Below are positions 34,535-45,923 of a stretch of DNA of 64,000 nt, in pieces; the stretch's first letter is position 1; every line of letters begins with the position of its first letter. Under the pieces are notes generated by a model that searched no databases, had not been told where the DNA came from, and saw nothing but the letters and a program-made list of their open reading frames with translations. The translations under genes were made by a program, and so were the position numbers. This DNA is from Blastocladiella emersonii ATCC 22665 (Eukaryota; Fungi; Blastocladiomycota): positions 1,612,001 through 1,676,000 of the forward strand of contig JANHCV010000010.1 of NCBI GenBank assembly GCA_025594325.1, given 5' to 3'.

Positions 34535-37429
34535 ATGGAAAACTCTCCGCCGGGCCAGTTGCCCGTGCCGCCCGCGCCGCGGACGGAGCCCAGTTCGGCT
34601 GCGTCGACGCCAACGGGCGCGAGCCGGCTGATCATCATCGACGACCGCCCCGCTGCTGCCGCGGACCGGCCGTTTCCCGGCCCCGGCCTCGATGCGCGCC
34701 TTTCTGGGGCGTCCTTCCGCGCCCCGATCCCGTTGACGCACTCGCTCACCTCGCCGGCCAACCTCAACGGGCCCAACTCGGCCTCGCGCGCGCCCTCGTC
34801 GTGGTTCCAGCGGTTCGCGTCCGGCATCGGCTTCCCGGCGCCTCCGCCAGATGCGCGCGGGAGCCAGGGCCGCCGGAGCTACCCGGTGAGCCCGAGCGAT
34901 CCGACGGGCGGTGCGCGGCCATGGGCTCCGCCGCCGCCCGTCGGGTTTCCGCGGTCTAACACCCGCGGGTCTCGCTCCTCGGGCCGTCAGCGCTTCGGCC
35001 AGCCGTACCGGTTTGGAGCAAACACGGGGACCACCACGCCGCCGGGCACCGCGCATGGAACGCTGGCGAGCATGCGCCACCGGAACTCTATCGAATTCGG
35101 GGCAGGCGATGGGCTGGCGCACCGCCGCTCGCAGTCGGCCGACGGGCTCCTCGACACGGACGTGCTGGGGACGCACTCCGGCCCGCGCGTCACCATCAGC
35201 GGCGCACCCGACAAGGCGCGCCTTCCCGACGATGAGGATGGCGATGACGGTCCCGAAGACGTCGGGATTGACGAGAACGGGAACGTGCTCGATGAAACTC
35301 TCGAGGACCTTGAGCGCGACATCCAGGACAATGACGAGCGCTCGGTCCTCGAGAACAAGCTGTTCCGCAAGGAGTACCGCCGTCGTCGCGAGCTCGAGTT
35401 CCTCTCGGGCACGCGTAAGAAGATGTACCTGTTCCTCGAGGTCACCGAGACCCCGCTCGTACGCGTCGCCCTCTCCCTCACTGCACTTCCCCACGATCCC
35501 ACGCAGAACACTAACTCTTCCGTCAAATCTGCACTCTAGAGCCAGATCTACTCGCTCTTCTACTTTATCATGGTGCTGACCATGGTCGTGCTCATCTGCA
35601 TCGAGTCGTTGCCATCGTACTACCAGGTCGAGCCGCCGTGGATACTGTTCGACGATCTTTTGGCCATCTACTTTACGATTGATCTCCTTGCCCGCGTCTA
35701 CGCCGTACCTAGCCGAGTACGGTACCTGACACGAGTCTTGACGATTCTCGACATTCTCTCGCTGGTCCCTTTTTGGATCGACCTCGTTGCCCCGACTTCG
35801 ACCGACAACACTTTGATTGTCTTCCGCACACTGCGAATTAGTCGCATCTTCCAGCTATTCCGCCATCTGCGTGAATCGGTGCTCATCTCGATCACGGTGC
35901 AGTCGCTGGTCCGGTCCAAGGAAGCCTTCTTCCTCGTGCTCATGTACTCTTCGCTCGCCATGCTCGTCGCCTCGGCCGGTATGTACATTGTGGAGCGCGG
36001 CACGTTCGATGAGAACACCCGCTTGTGGATGCGGGAAGACGGAAAGGAGTCGCCGTTCCAGTCGATCTTGCACGGGTACGCGCCTTCCGACTTGACCCCA
36101 CTCACCTCCAATCACTCCCTAACACCACAAATCATGTCGTGCGCTAGACTGTACTGGTCGGTCGTGACGCTTTCGACCACGGGATACGGGGACGTGACCC
36201 CCATCACGTCCGCGGGCAAGGCCATCAGTGGGTTGACCATGTTGGTCGGTGTTTCGGTCATTTCGCTGCCTGTGTCGATCATCGGCTCTCATTTCATGGC
36301 AGAATGGCTCGAGTACAACCGGCTTCGTCTCAAGGCCCGCGTTCATACCCAGGACTTGCTGTACGCGCAGGGGGTGGTGGCCACGCCCGGCTCCGCCAGC
36401 ATGGCCTCGACCCGAATGGCTCGCCGCGCCCGCATCCAGCAACTCCGCGACCAGAATGATGCCATCATGCAGCTCGTGAGCCAGGCTCAAGAAGCTCTCA
36501 ATGATGTGAACCCGACCGACACTTACATCCGGTACAAGCGCGTCAAGGCCAAGTACGCGGCGGCGCTTGCGCGGATACAGGTCCTCGAGTCCGAGTTGGT
36601 GCGGTGGAAATCACTTGCCAAGCGCTTCCCTACCCATACGCATCAGTTCCATCGTGGGGTGGAGGAAGTGTTTGGCGCGGCGACCACCAACGAGGCGAGT
36701 GGGAGTACTCTCTTCAGCCGCGGACCTGGCTTGGCTGGAAACAACATCAACGAGGACGACGACCACGCTCATGCTCGGCTTGCTCGTTCCATGACGGTCC
36801 CTGCTCCCTCGCGTCCAAATCTCGCGCACGACGCGACGACCGCGCGCTCGCCCGCTGGCTCCCGCGACCCGTCGCCGATGCCCAGCCCAAACCCGCACTT
36901 TTCGGTGCTGGAGCGGCGCGGTCTCAACCTTTCGTTGACAGGCCTCTTCAATCCGCTCGCGGGCATCGAGCAGCAGCGGGAGTCAGAACCGAGTCGCGGC
37001 CGCACCACGTCCTCGCGCTCCCGGCGCCCCCGCTTACCCAGCATCTTCATGCGCCGCACTGAGACGACCTCGGCCGCCGCCAACCCTCGCATCAGCAAGA
37101 CCATGATCCGGCGCGTCGACCTGCCCTCGGGCCTCGTCTCTGGCACCAGCACTTGGCACGGGCGGCCCATGGAGCTGACTCGCGAGCCGTCGCTTGCTCC
37201 CCAAACCTCGCCGCCGTCCCTGGGCCCCGCATCGCCCAATCCGGCTCCGGCAACGCTGACCCAGCTGTTCCTGGACCAGCCGATTACCATGTCGCCGGCG
37301 AACGCGTCCGTGGCCAACTCGATTGCGGAACAGCAGGACCCTCGCAACGCGTCAACATCAGCGCCAACCGCGGAGCACGCGCCAGCGCCCGAGTCTCCGT
37401 CGCTCGAGGGCAGTCACGGCTTTTCGTAG
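34535..37429 (+). CDS. Voltage-gated K+ channel-like protein (6TM, canonical filter)
   Basis: S4-like VFRTLRISRIFQLFRHL, pore LYWSVVTLSTTGYGDVTP, S6 GVSVISLPVSIIGSHF, C-terminal coiled coil; ATG 34535; introns near 35460-35539 and 36076-36147. Confidence 0.9.
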
Positions 37430-37470
37430 GTTAAAAAATAAATCATATCCTGCTTTCGCAACGCCCCTAC

Positions 37471-37882
37471 CTACTCTGCAAACTCGCTCATGGTCAGCGC
37501 GACGCTGGCCAGCTGCTCCATGAGCGAGTTGACGGCCGTCCGCAGCATCTTGACCGAGGTTGCCTCGACGATCCTAAGGGCCGCAACTGGTTACTTCCAT
37601 GCCGGTTCGGGTGAGATAAAGGGAGAGCGACGAGAGCGACGTACACTTCGAGCATCGAGTCGACCTCATGGAAGCTGGATCGCGACTCGCGCGGTTTCAA
37701 CGGCTTGTCCACAGCCAGAACCCGCGCGGCGATCGAGGCAAGGTGTGCTGTTGGGAACGGGACCTGAAGAGTGCTAAGGGATCGCAGGCGGGTCAGGAAG
37801 CCGTTCAGGAAGGGACCGGCGCGCGGATCACGGCCACGACGACGACTTACACGGAGTGCTCCATGGGTGCGACCTGATCCAT
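37471..37882 (-). CDS. PCC1: KEOPS/EKC complex subunit Pcc1 (LAGE3 family), three exons; start 37864 or 37882
   Basis: Spliced by eye: MEHSV|TLQVPFPTAHLASIAARVLAVDKPLKPRESRSSFHEVDSMLEV|IVEATSVKMLRTAVNSLMEQLASVALTMSEFAE*, matching the Pcc1 pattern (L.IPF.T...A.IA..VL..D..LKP...R.LR..V.S). Confidence 0.8.
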
Positions 37883-38125
37883 CGAGTTTGACTGGACCTC
37901 TGATGCGGCCCGCTTCATGACGTTGCGCCAAGTCTTCCTCGCTTCAGCAACAATCGAGATGACGAGGTGATGCCCCTCAGCAGTTCCCTTGCCCTCAGGC
38001 GTGACGTACGTGAAGGACGAAGGTTCGCGGCATCGCCTCGTCCTCCATCCGCCGCAGCTTCCGCTCTCTCTCACAGCACACGAAGCCGTAGTGGATGAAA
38101 CTGTAGTGCAGAATGTATAGAGGAA

Positions 38126-39679
38126 CTAGATATCCAGGTAGAACGCAACCTCGCAAAAGTTGATGAGCAGCTTAGGTGCCCGCCGCGGGATCTGGACCAT
38201 CCACCGCTCGCTCTGGCGAAGCGCCGTGTCGGCATCGACGAACCCGCCCCACCAGTCTCGCACATCGGCCTGCGACGCGCGTGCGCCGACCACGGAGATG
38301 GCGCGCAGGTGCGGCCAGTAGGAGAGCGCGGCGTGGAGCGTGCGGCGGGAGATGCGGGTGCACCACGCGAGAGACAGCACGCGGAGCGCTGGAGCGTGCC
38401 GTGCGAGCTGGGCGAGCCCAACATCCGTGATGTCGCGGCAGTGGGTCAGGTCGAGGTGAGTGAGCCGTTTCGGCCCGTGCTGCGCCAGCGCGGCGAGGGT
38501 CTGGTCGGTCAGATGTGTGTTCCACGCCAGCGCCAGCCGGATCAGCCGTGGCGCGACCACCGGGAGGACGGCCGTGCACCAGGTGTCGGTGCGGTCGGTT
38601 CCGGAGAGGTTGAGGTGCGTGATGTGCGCCAGCGCGGCTGCAACCGTGGAAGCTGGGAGCGGGCTCGCGAGCAGCCGGAGCTGGAGGCCCTTGAGGAAGG
38701 ACACGTTCAAGTAGCGAAGTCGTGCTGGCGGTGGCGTGAAGATGCTTCCGCGGCGCCGCGCATTGGTGGTAGCGGCCATGGAACCAGCTCCGCCTTGGAT
38801 CGGCCATTGATGAACGCTGCCGAGATCATCTGGATGCCGCGCCAAGGAGCAAGCAAGGACTTGATCAACGAGGCGGCCGAGCATTGGATGGCCACGACTA
38901 GCCTCCTCCAGCTGGGCCAGATTCAGACCTTGAACCCACGCAAACAAGGGAAGTTGTGCGAGTTGGAGGCAAGCACCTGCATCACCACTACTCAACGGCC
39001 GCGAAGCGGCGTGCGCACTTGAGCTGCCATCGAGGATCGAGACCAGTTTGCCGAGCGACTTGACGCTCCGAAGCGCGGGGACGCGGTACAAGATGGGAAG
39101 GATGATTAATGCCATCCGACGCGACACGCGCGTCCACGCCGCGAGGGTTGCTTGGGCGTCCAACGCTGACCACACGAGCGATTCTATACCGCTTGCTGCA
39201 GACTCGGTGAAGAAGCCGAGATCCTGGCAGAGTGTTGGAAACAGCGCAAGTGCAATTTGCTGCAAGATTTCGGCCGGGAGCGCGTCGAGGGAAGCGGGGA
39301 GTGGCTCGCGGTCACCAATGCCTTCAAGGGAGAGAATCGAGAGCCTGCGTCCAGCAAAGGTTACCCCTTGGCCGGGCACACATTCATGGCCGTCGTCGTT
39401 TGACCATGGGACGACAGGGATAGAGAGAAGAGTTGACGATCGTTTTGAGGCTGCGGAAGAGTCGCTCGGGTGGAGTCGGACATCAATGGACGAGAGCGAC
39501 AGCGGCCGGCGCCTTCCGGCACTACTTGAGATACTACTGCTGCTGGACGAGAACCCCGAGAGATGATCAACAGGATCAAGGCGGTTGTCCCCCTTGTCGG
39601 TGCCGATGTGTCGAGCGTGGCGGCCGCCCGAAGCGGGAGTCGAGTAGTGATACTTGGGCGTCAGCGCCTCGTCTTCCAT
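38126..39679 (-). CDS. F-box/leucine-rich-repeat protein
   Basis: F-box-like LDALPAEILQQIALALF; cysteine-containing LRRs (LRYLNVSF, ITHLNLSGT, LTHLDLTHCRDITDVGLAQLA, LRVLSLAWCTRIS); likely ATG 39679. Confidence 0.8.
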   Translation of the reverse strand: MEDEALTPKYHYSTPASGGRHARHIGTDKGDNRLDPVDHLSGFSSSSSSISSSAGRRRPLSLSSIDVRLHPSDSSAASKRSSTLLSIPVVPWSNDDGHECVPGQGVTFAGRRLSILSLEGIGDREPLPASLDALPAEILQQIALALFPTLCQDLGFFTESAASGIESLVWSALDAQATLAAWTRVSRRMALIILPILYRVPALRSVKSLGKLVSILDGSSSAHAASRPLSSGDAGACLQLAQLPLFAWVQGLNLAQLEEASRGHPMLGRLVDQVLACSLARHPDDLGSVHQWPIQGGAGSMAATTNARRRGSIFTPPPARLRYLNVSFLKGLQLRLLASPLPASTVAAALAHITHLNLSGTDRTDTWCTAVLPVVAPRLIRLALAWNTHLTDQTLAALAQHGPKRLTHLDLTHCRDITDVGLAQLARHAPALRVLSLAWCTRISRRTLHAALSYWPHLRAISVVGARASQADVRDWWGGFVDADTALRQSERWMVQIPRRAPKLLINFCEVAFYLDI

Positions 39680-40087
39680 CGCGACATTCGTTGTTGCTTG
39701 GGCGAGAGGGAGAGCTTCACGGCGGGCGGCTTCTCCTCCCCACACCCTCACTCACACGCCTAGGACAGCCAGGTCAAGCCCGTACGATGTCAGGGTCCTG
39801 CGGGTGAAGCGAAGTGGCGGAGTGTGGCGGGTGGCGGCGGCGTGGCTGAGTGCGACCTTCGGGTTCGGCTGGACGGCCGTGGCCGCGTCCCGTTCGTCAC
39901 GCTGAAGGTGGTCAAAGTTGGCGTCCTCCTGGTCACGGTAGCCCAGGAGAAGAACCAGCGCTCTGAACCGCGCCAAGGGATGTATGTAGCCTCAATCCGA
40001 ACCAAACGCGCGCTTCCCAACAGCCTCCAATCCCTGAGACAAGCCAGAATCTGGACTAAGATCGACTTCAATGAACATGACACCAGG

Positions 40088-41051
40088 TCAGTACGGCTTG
40101 AAACGCCGGTTGCGCTTGAGCTCTTCAATCCGCTTCTTGTCCGACTCAAACTTTTCACGCAGCTCCAGCAAACCTAGATCGCAAAAGACGTGGGAGTTGC
40201 AGTTAGTGACCAACTGGCATCTCACAGGCCTGCGTAGATGAGACGTACGGCTGCGCTTCTCCTCGCGCATCTGGAACCGGTAAAAGTCCTTGCGCTCGTG
40301 TTCCTTGGGCTTTGTCCGGGCCGCAGCCTCGGACGTGTTACCACCACGCTTGCGCGTCACGAGAATGAATCCGTCGGCATCAACCGTCTTGGCCTGCTGA
40401 GAGCGGGACTCCTCGGCCTTGCGGGCGTCGTACTCGGCAATCACGGCGGTCGCGGCCTCAACGAGCTGCTGGCGATCGCCCCGCGACGCGAGATGGGCAG
40501 AGAGGTAGGCTAGTGGGTTAAAACGCAATATCATGGTCAGAACGCGATGCATCATGTTCGGGCCGGGCGGGACTCCTCGTACAGGAGATACCGAGGGGCG
40601 CTGCGAGCTTTGCGTCCCACTTCTCACTTGAAACACTCGTCGCCAAGCGGTTCAGCGCAGTTGCCTTCTTAAACACGACGTAGGCGATCTCCGCGGCGGG
40701 AAGAAGCTCCTTTCGTGCTGCGCGAGCTGCCACGTCTTCCTTGGTCTCCGTAGCGTCAAGCGGTCCAATCACCACGCGCTCAACGGCACCGACGGTGCCA
40801 AAGAGTGCCGTGAGCTGCTCCACCGTCGTGTCGATCGGGACATTGAGGACGTAAACCGTCTTGTCTGCGGGAAGCAGCGCATGACCATCGGTTCCACTCA
40901 CGTGCGCGCGGAACAGGAGCTCGTGGGGATGCGCGTGGCTCGGGGTCGCATCACCGGCGTGGTACACGCGGTTCTTCTTCGACAGAACAGGCAAGCGGAG
41001 GACAAAGTAGCCGTTGCCCAGAGCGACGGGTTTGCTCGACGAGTGTGACAT
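40088..41051 (-). CDS. RRP7: rRNA-processing protein Rrp7
   Basis: N-terminal RRM-like (KTVYVLNVPIDTT..LFGTVGAVERV), DADGFILVTR, DFYRFQMREEKR, KFESDKKRIEELKRNRRFKPY. Confidence 0.92.
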
Positions 41052-41306
41052 GCTTTCAGTTGGTTAAGATTTCATGGATGGTGTTTGGCCCGGCTCAGTG
41101 AGTGGTATGGCGCGTTGGATCGAGGAGTGGAGACCGGCGGTGGAGGGGCGTGCAAACGCGTCCAAGGTCAGCTGATATCCTGTGATGCGTCGTCGAGCGC
41201 CACTCAACACTGCTGCAGCTGCTGCTGCAGCGACGCGACGCGCCTTGCCGCTTTCACCCCCTCTGCTCGTTCGCTGCCAACGTCAGCACACACACATTGT
41301 ATAGCC

Positions 41307-41754
41307 ATGAAAGTCAAGCGCATCCCCTTCGATTCCGCGACCGACTTTGACGCGGAGATTGCCAAGATCGTGGCCGACGCCCCGGGTCCGGTCGTCGTCC
41401 TCTTCTTTGGGAACGAGCTCCCGGAGACGAACGAGTCTTTTTGCCCGGACTGCGTGGTCGCTGATCCGCTGATCCGCAAGGCGGTGCTGTCGCACGCTCA
41501 ATCGGCCACCATCACGCTTGTCGAGGTGCCGTCGGGCGCGCGTGACGAGTATGGCCACCAGCGACCCCCAAAAGCGCACTGTCCCTGACATCAACAATTG
41601 TAGGTGGCGCTCCCCGGACAACCGCTACCGCAAGCACCCCCAGATCCAGCTCGCACGGATCCCAACGCTGGTCCAGTGGACCCGTGATGGACCCGCTGGT
41701 CGCCTCGTTGAGGACGAGTGCGCCGACGAGGCCAAGCTCGCGGCATTCCTGTGA
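41307..41754 (+). CDS. TXNDC17: Thioredoxin-like protein TXNDC17/TRP14 (DUF953)
   Basis: VVVLFFG..ESFCPDCVVADPLI..VEVPSGARDE|WRSPDNRYRKHPQIQLARIPTLVQW; one intron. Confidence 0.85.
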
Positions 41755-41833
41755 TTGATTCCTTTCTGTCACAGATGTATCGGCAGTAAAGGATGCGAAT
41801 ACTATCGATTCAATCACAAAGCTCGTTCGCTAC

Positions 41834-43706
41834 CTACGAGTACATCATCCGCTCGACTTGCTCAGGCGCCATATCCCGGGCGTGATCCTGCAACTTTCGC
41901 ACGTTGAGAGCGTCAAGGTGAGCCGAGAGTGCACGGTCGTGTGTGACCATGATGCCGTTCTCAAAGTTGGCGTGGACGAGACAGACGCGCGAAACGCCGG
42001 GTGAGATGGCGAGCATTCCTGCAGTGAAGGCGGCCGTGCGCGGGGCTCCAACGATTTGGACCGCGTGAAGTTGTGCGTCCATGAGATAAGTGGAGCCGTC
42101 GAATCCACAAGCAATGACCACGTTCCCAATGGACGTTGAGTGAAGGAGTTGGTGGTTTACCTGTAGATCTGCTGACTGCGCGGTGCCGTCTGGCAACTGG
42201 AAAGTCAGGGTGCCGTCGGCAGTAACGACGCATAGAGTCCCACAGGGTAGCACGACGACCTCGGTTCCGACTTGGCCAGTGAAACGGCTGCTTGACGTTG
42301 TTGCCGCGGTTGGATCGGATCCGCTCGTCGAGTAGCGTACAGGGTTGAACGACATGGCTTGGTTGAGACTTTGGAGGTACGGGTTCTCTACTTTGGCCCG
42401 ATTTCCAGTCGCTCGGTCACTCACACCTGTCATGCCTGCACGAGGGGGAACGACAGTGACGGTTGCCTGGTCCCCATTAGGCGCAAGGGCAACGTACGTC
42501 CCACTTGGCTGTGACACAAGTAGAAAAGGACTGGCGGTTCCGTCAGGCTTGGTACGGTTGAGCAACGAGAGCGATCCAACCTGCCCAGGGAACCCGTGCC
42601 GCGACTTGAGCACGAGCGCGTTAGAGTCAAGTTGCGCAGCTCCAGAATTGACATGACCGTGGTTGAAAACAGCTTTAAGAGGCCCGCGGCCATGATGTCC
42701 AAGTGGTGAAGGCGAAAACGGTTGCGGCCGAGGTGTTGCAGGTGGAGTTCCTGAAGCTGGCATGGTCGCGTTAGCGGCGGCTGCGAGGATAGCAAGCGGT
42801 GGCGCCGTGAGCGTGCGACGACGGTTCTTGGTCAGTGAAGCGGCCGGGAGTTGGGCAGCTGAAGAAGTGCCCGATGCAAAAAGGCCACCGGACTTGCCCG
42901 TCGCCGTCGTGGCCATCGTGGCCATAGATGAGGTCGAGCTGAAAAGGCTTTCCGGCGCGCTGCCGGTATCAAAGGCAGGATACGGCGGGAGGTGCACGTC
43001 GAACACGTAGATTTGCCGGTCGGTGCGGGCAAGAACGAGCTCGTTTCGGCCATCGCCATCTAAGAGCGGGATCTATGATTAGTCAAGGGAGGGTAAGGCT
43101 ATGTTGACCCATTCCTGAGCCGATTGGCGTACCTGTGTCCGCAATGAGACTTCTGCACACGTTCAGGGGCGCAGAAGCGCGAAGCCGCGTCGCGAGCGCC
43201 TTTGTTCCGTTTGACTGGGTGACAACGTCCAGAACGGTAAGAACTCCTTCCGCGGAGATAGCGACGATTGAAGGTAAGCCAGTCGAGCCAATGTCACCAA
43301 TGACCAGGCTAGTCACGGATCCTAGCCCGTCTGCAACGAGCCAGGGCTCGCCCACGCTCTCAGGCAGCTCTTCGTCGTAGCTGATCGGCGCACTACCATT
43401 CTGGTGCGGCTCGGCGCTGGTGGCATCGTTCGAAACGTTCGGACTTGACTGAGACGGCCATGTTCCGTCACCAGTAAGGTATTTGAAGACGGCTAAGCAC
43501 CCATGAATGTTTGCAACTACGACCTCGTTCTCCTTCGGGCGTCTCGCACGATTAGTAGGGCAATGCAGTGACAGCGGGTATCGATTCGAACTTACCCCAT
43601 CGGCGTCCACATCCCCGAGCGCAATCGCATTTGCGTTCATGTTGCCCTCAAAACGCCATGACGCTATCGACCGACCAGCAGTTGGCTCGGCAGGCGGTGA
43701 GTTCAC
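41834..43706 (-). CDS. ITFG2: ITFG2 (KICSTOR subunit, FG-GAP repeat protein)
   Basis: AIALGDVDADG|ENEVVVANIHGCLAVFK, LDGDGRNELVLARTDRQIYVF and VIACGFDGSTYLMD..AAFTAG match my recollection of ITFG2 motifs (AICLGDVDND..NELVVG; ACAWDGQTYIID..RAFCAG). Confidence 0.78.
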
Positions 43707-43979
43707 GACGGGATTCAGTGGGAACGAGCGAAATCGGGCAACCGTAGTCAGGGAGGGTAATAGTTCGTGCGGGCATCCTATTGCATCAAGTTACTTATTG
43801 TTTCGTAGAATTTCATGGGTTCGGCGTTGCACATGAAGGGGACGCGCCGCGCGATGTTCGCGATCATCTGACCGACGACAGCCCCGCAGGTCAAGTCGGT
43901 TGTTGAGCAGTTGATGAGCCAAGTCCCCCTGGTTGAGCGGGCAGCCCAACTCTCTCTCTCCCGACCCACATAAAACGCT

Positions 43980-45923
43980 ATGCAAACAATGTTACGTGCG
44001 GGTCCACTTCGGGGGCGAAGTTCCTTGCGCGAGGCCGCCCGCTTTTGTCGGAATGGCTCGATGCCTCTGTGCCAGCGCTTCCAGAGCCTTCTCGGGGCCA
44101 GCAGCGCTGCACCTGCGCGCACTCGCACGTTTGGTCAAACCCCGACCGACATGGCTTCGACCGACTGCCCTTACACCAGAACTGCACCATGCGGCTCGTT
44201 GACCCAAGATCACATCGGCCAGTCCGTTAACCTCACGGGTTGGGTCGAGTCGGTCCGCAAGCTTTCGCCCGAGCTCGTCTTTGTCCCGCTTCGCGACGGG
44301 TACGGAAAGACGCAGCTTGTGTTTCGCGGGCGCCCTGACCTCGTCAAGCAACTCGAGACCGGCGCCTCGCCCGAGTCGGTGGTACACATCACGGGCACTG
44401 TGTGCCAACGACCTCCGCCGGATAGTGGCATTGAAATCGAGGTCACTGCTCTCAGCGTTGTCAACCGTGCTGAGAAACTTCCCGTTCAGCTTTTTGTGCC
44501 AGACGACCAGTTGCCCAGCGAAGACGTTCGCCTCAAGTATCGCTACCTCGATCTTCGGCGGCCAGCGATGCAGCATGCACTTCGCACGCGCTCGAGCGCG
44601 CTGCAGGCGGTCCGCTCGGTGCTGACAGACGACCAGTTTGTTGAGGTGGAGACTCCCACGCTATTCAAATCCACGCCCGAGGGAGCTCGCGAGTTTCTCG
44701 TCCCGACGCGTCGTCACGGCCATTTTTACGCGCTAACGCAATCGCCGCAGCAGTACAAGCAGCTGCTCATGGCAGCTGGGCTCGATCGGTACTTCCAGGT
44801 CGCGCGTTGCTACCGCGATGAGGATCAGCGCTCCGACCGCCAGCCCGAGTTTACGCAGATTGATATCGAGATGGCGTGGGCCGATCCACGCAAAATCAAG
44901 ACGATTGTCCAGCGCATCATGCAGCGAACCTTCCGGGACTGCCTTGACGTACAGCTTACAGACGCAGACTTCCCCTCGTACTCCTACAAGGATCTCATGC
45001 AACTCTACGGCTCGGACAAGCCCGATCTTCGCTTTGCTCACTTCCCAACCATTTGCAATGGGTCTCGCTTCCTTGGCTCCGATTTCTCGGCCGCGCACTC
45101 CCTTGACGTCCTTGTCCTGCCGTTCAATAATTACTCACTCTCAAACTCGGAAATCAAGAAGCTTTCGGCTGTGGCCAAGCCGCTTGGTGTCCACATCGTC
45201 AAGTCCAAGGGCCCAAAGCAGGGTCCCTCGCTTCCATTCCTTTCGGGCCAGGAACATCTCTGGGATTTTTCGCCCAACGACGTTGTCATGCTACATCTCC
45301 GCCCAGGCAACACACTGCGCGGTGGCAGTACGACATTGGGCAAATGGCGAACTCAGCTGCTGGCAACGCTCCTGCCCGAGACCATGCGCCCTACCCCGTC
45401 TGCCAAGTACGCTTTCCAGTGGGTCGAAGGCTTTCCTTTGCTCACTCCAACTGAACTCGACGACAAGCCTGAATACGCGCGGGGCGCCAAACTGGATCGC
45501 TGGACTGCGACCCACCATCCGTTCACCGCCCCTCACCCCGCGGATGTCAACCTCTTGACACAATCGCCAAGTGACGTCCGCGGCCTTCATTATGACCTGG
45601 TACTAAACGGGTTTGAAATTGCTGGTGGCTCAATTCGGATCCACAATGCAACCATGCAGGAATCTGTTTTTGAGCTGCTCGGGATGGGCGAGGCGCAAAA
45701 GGAGCAGTTTGCGCATCTTCTCGCCGCACTTCGTCACGGGTGTCCGCCCCACGGCGGCATCGCCATTGGCTTTGATCGGCTTCTCAGTGTCATGCTGGGA
45801 ACCAACTCGATCCGCGACGTGATTGCATTCCCCAAGAGTTCTGGGACTGAGATCATGGTCGGGTCCCCGGCTCCAGTCTCGAGCTCACAACTGTTCGAAT
45901 ATGGGATCAAGGTGTCTCAGTGA
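43980..45923 (+). CDS. MSD1: Mitochondrial aspartyl-tRNA synthetase (bacterial type), intronless
   Basis: R/S/A-rich presequence-like N-terminus, OB fold (FVPLRDGYGKTQLV), RLKYRYLDLRR, STPEGAREFLVP, YFQVARCYRDEDQRSDRQPEFTQIDIEM, PPHGGIAIGFDRL, IRDVIAFPK. Confidence 0.95.
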   Translation: MQTMLRAGPLRGRSSLREAARFCRNGSMPLCQRFQSLLGASSAAPARTRTFGQTPTDMASTDCPYTRTAPCGSLTQDHIGQSVNLTGWVESVRKLSPELVFVPLRDGYGKTQLVFRGRPDLVKQLETGASPESVVHITGTVCQRPPPDSGIEIEVTALSVVNRAEKLPVQLFVPDDQLPSEDVRLKYRYLDLRRPAMQHALRTRSSALQAVRSVLTDDQFVEVETPTLFKSTPEGAREFLVPTRRHGHFYALTQSPQQYKQLLMAAGLDRYFQVARCYRDEDQRSDRQPEFTQIDIEMAWADPRKIKTIVQRIMQRTFRDCLDVQLTDADFPSYSYKDLMQLYGSDKPDLRFAHFPTICNGSRFLGSDFSAAHSLDVLVLPFNNYSLSNSEIKKLSAVAKPLGVHIVKSKGPKQGPSLPFLSGQEHLWDFSPNDVVMLHLRPGNTLRGGSTTLGKWRTQLLATLLPETMRPTPSAKYAFQWVEGFPLLTPTELDDKPEYARGAKLDRWTATHHPFTAPHPADVNLLTQSPSDVRGLHYDLVLNGFEIAGGSIRIHNATMQESVFELLGMGEAQKEQFAHLLAALRHGCPPHGGIAIGFDRLLSVMLGTNSIRDVIAFPKSSGTEIMVGSPAPVSSSQLFEYGIKVSQ

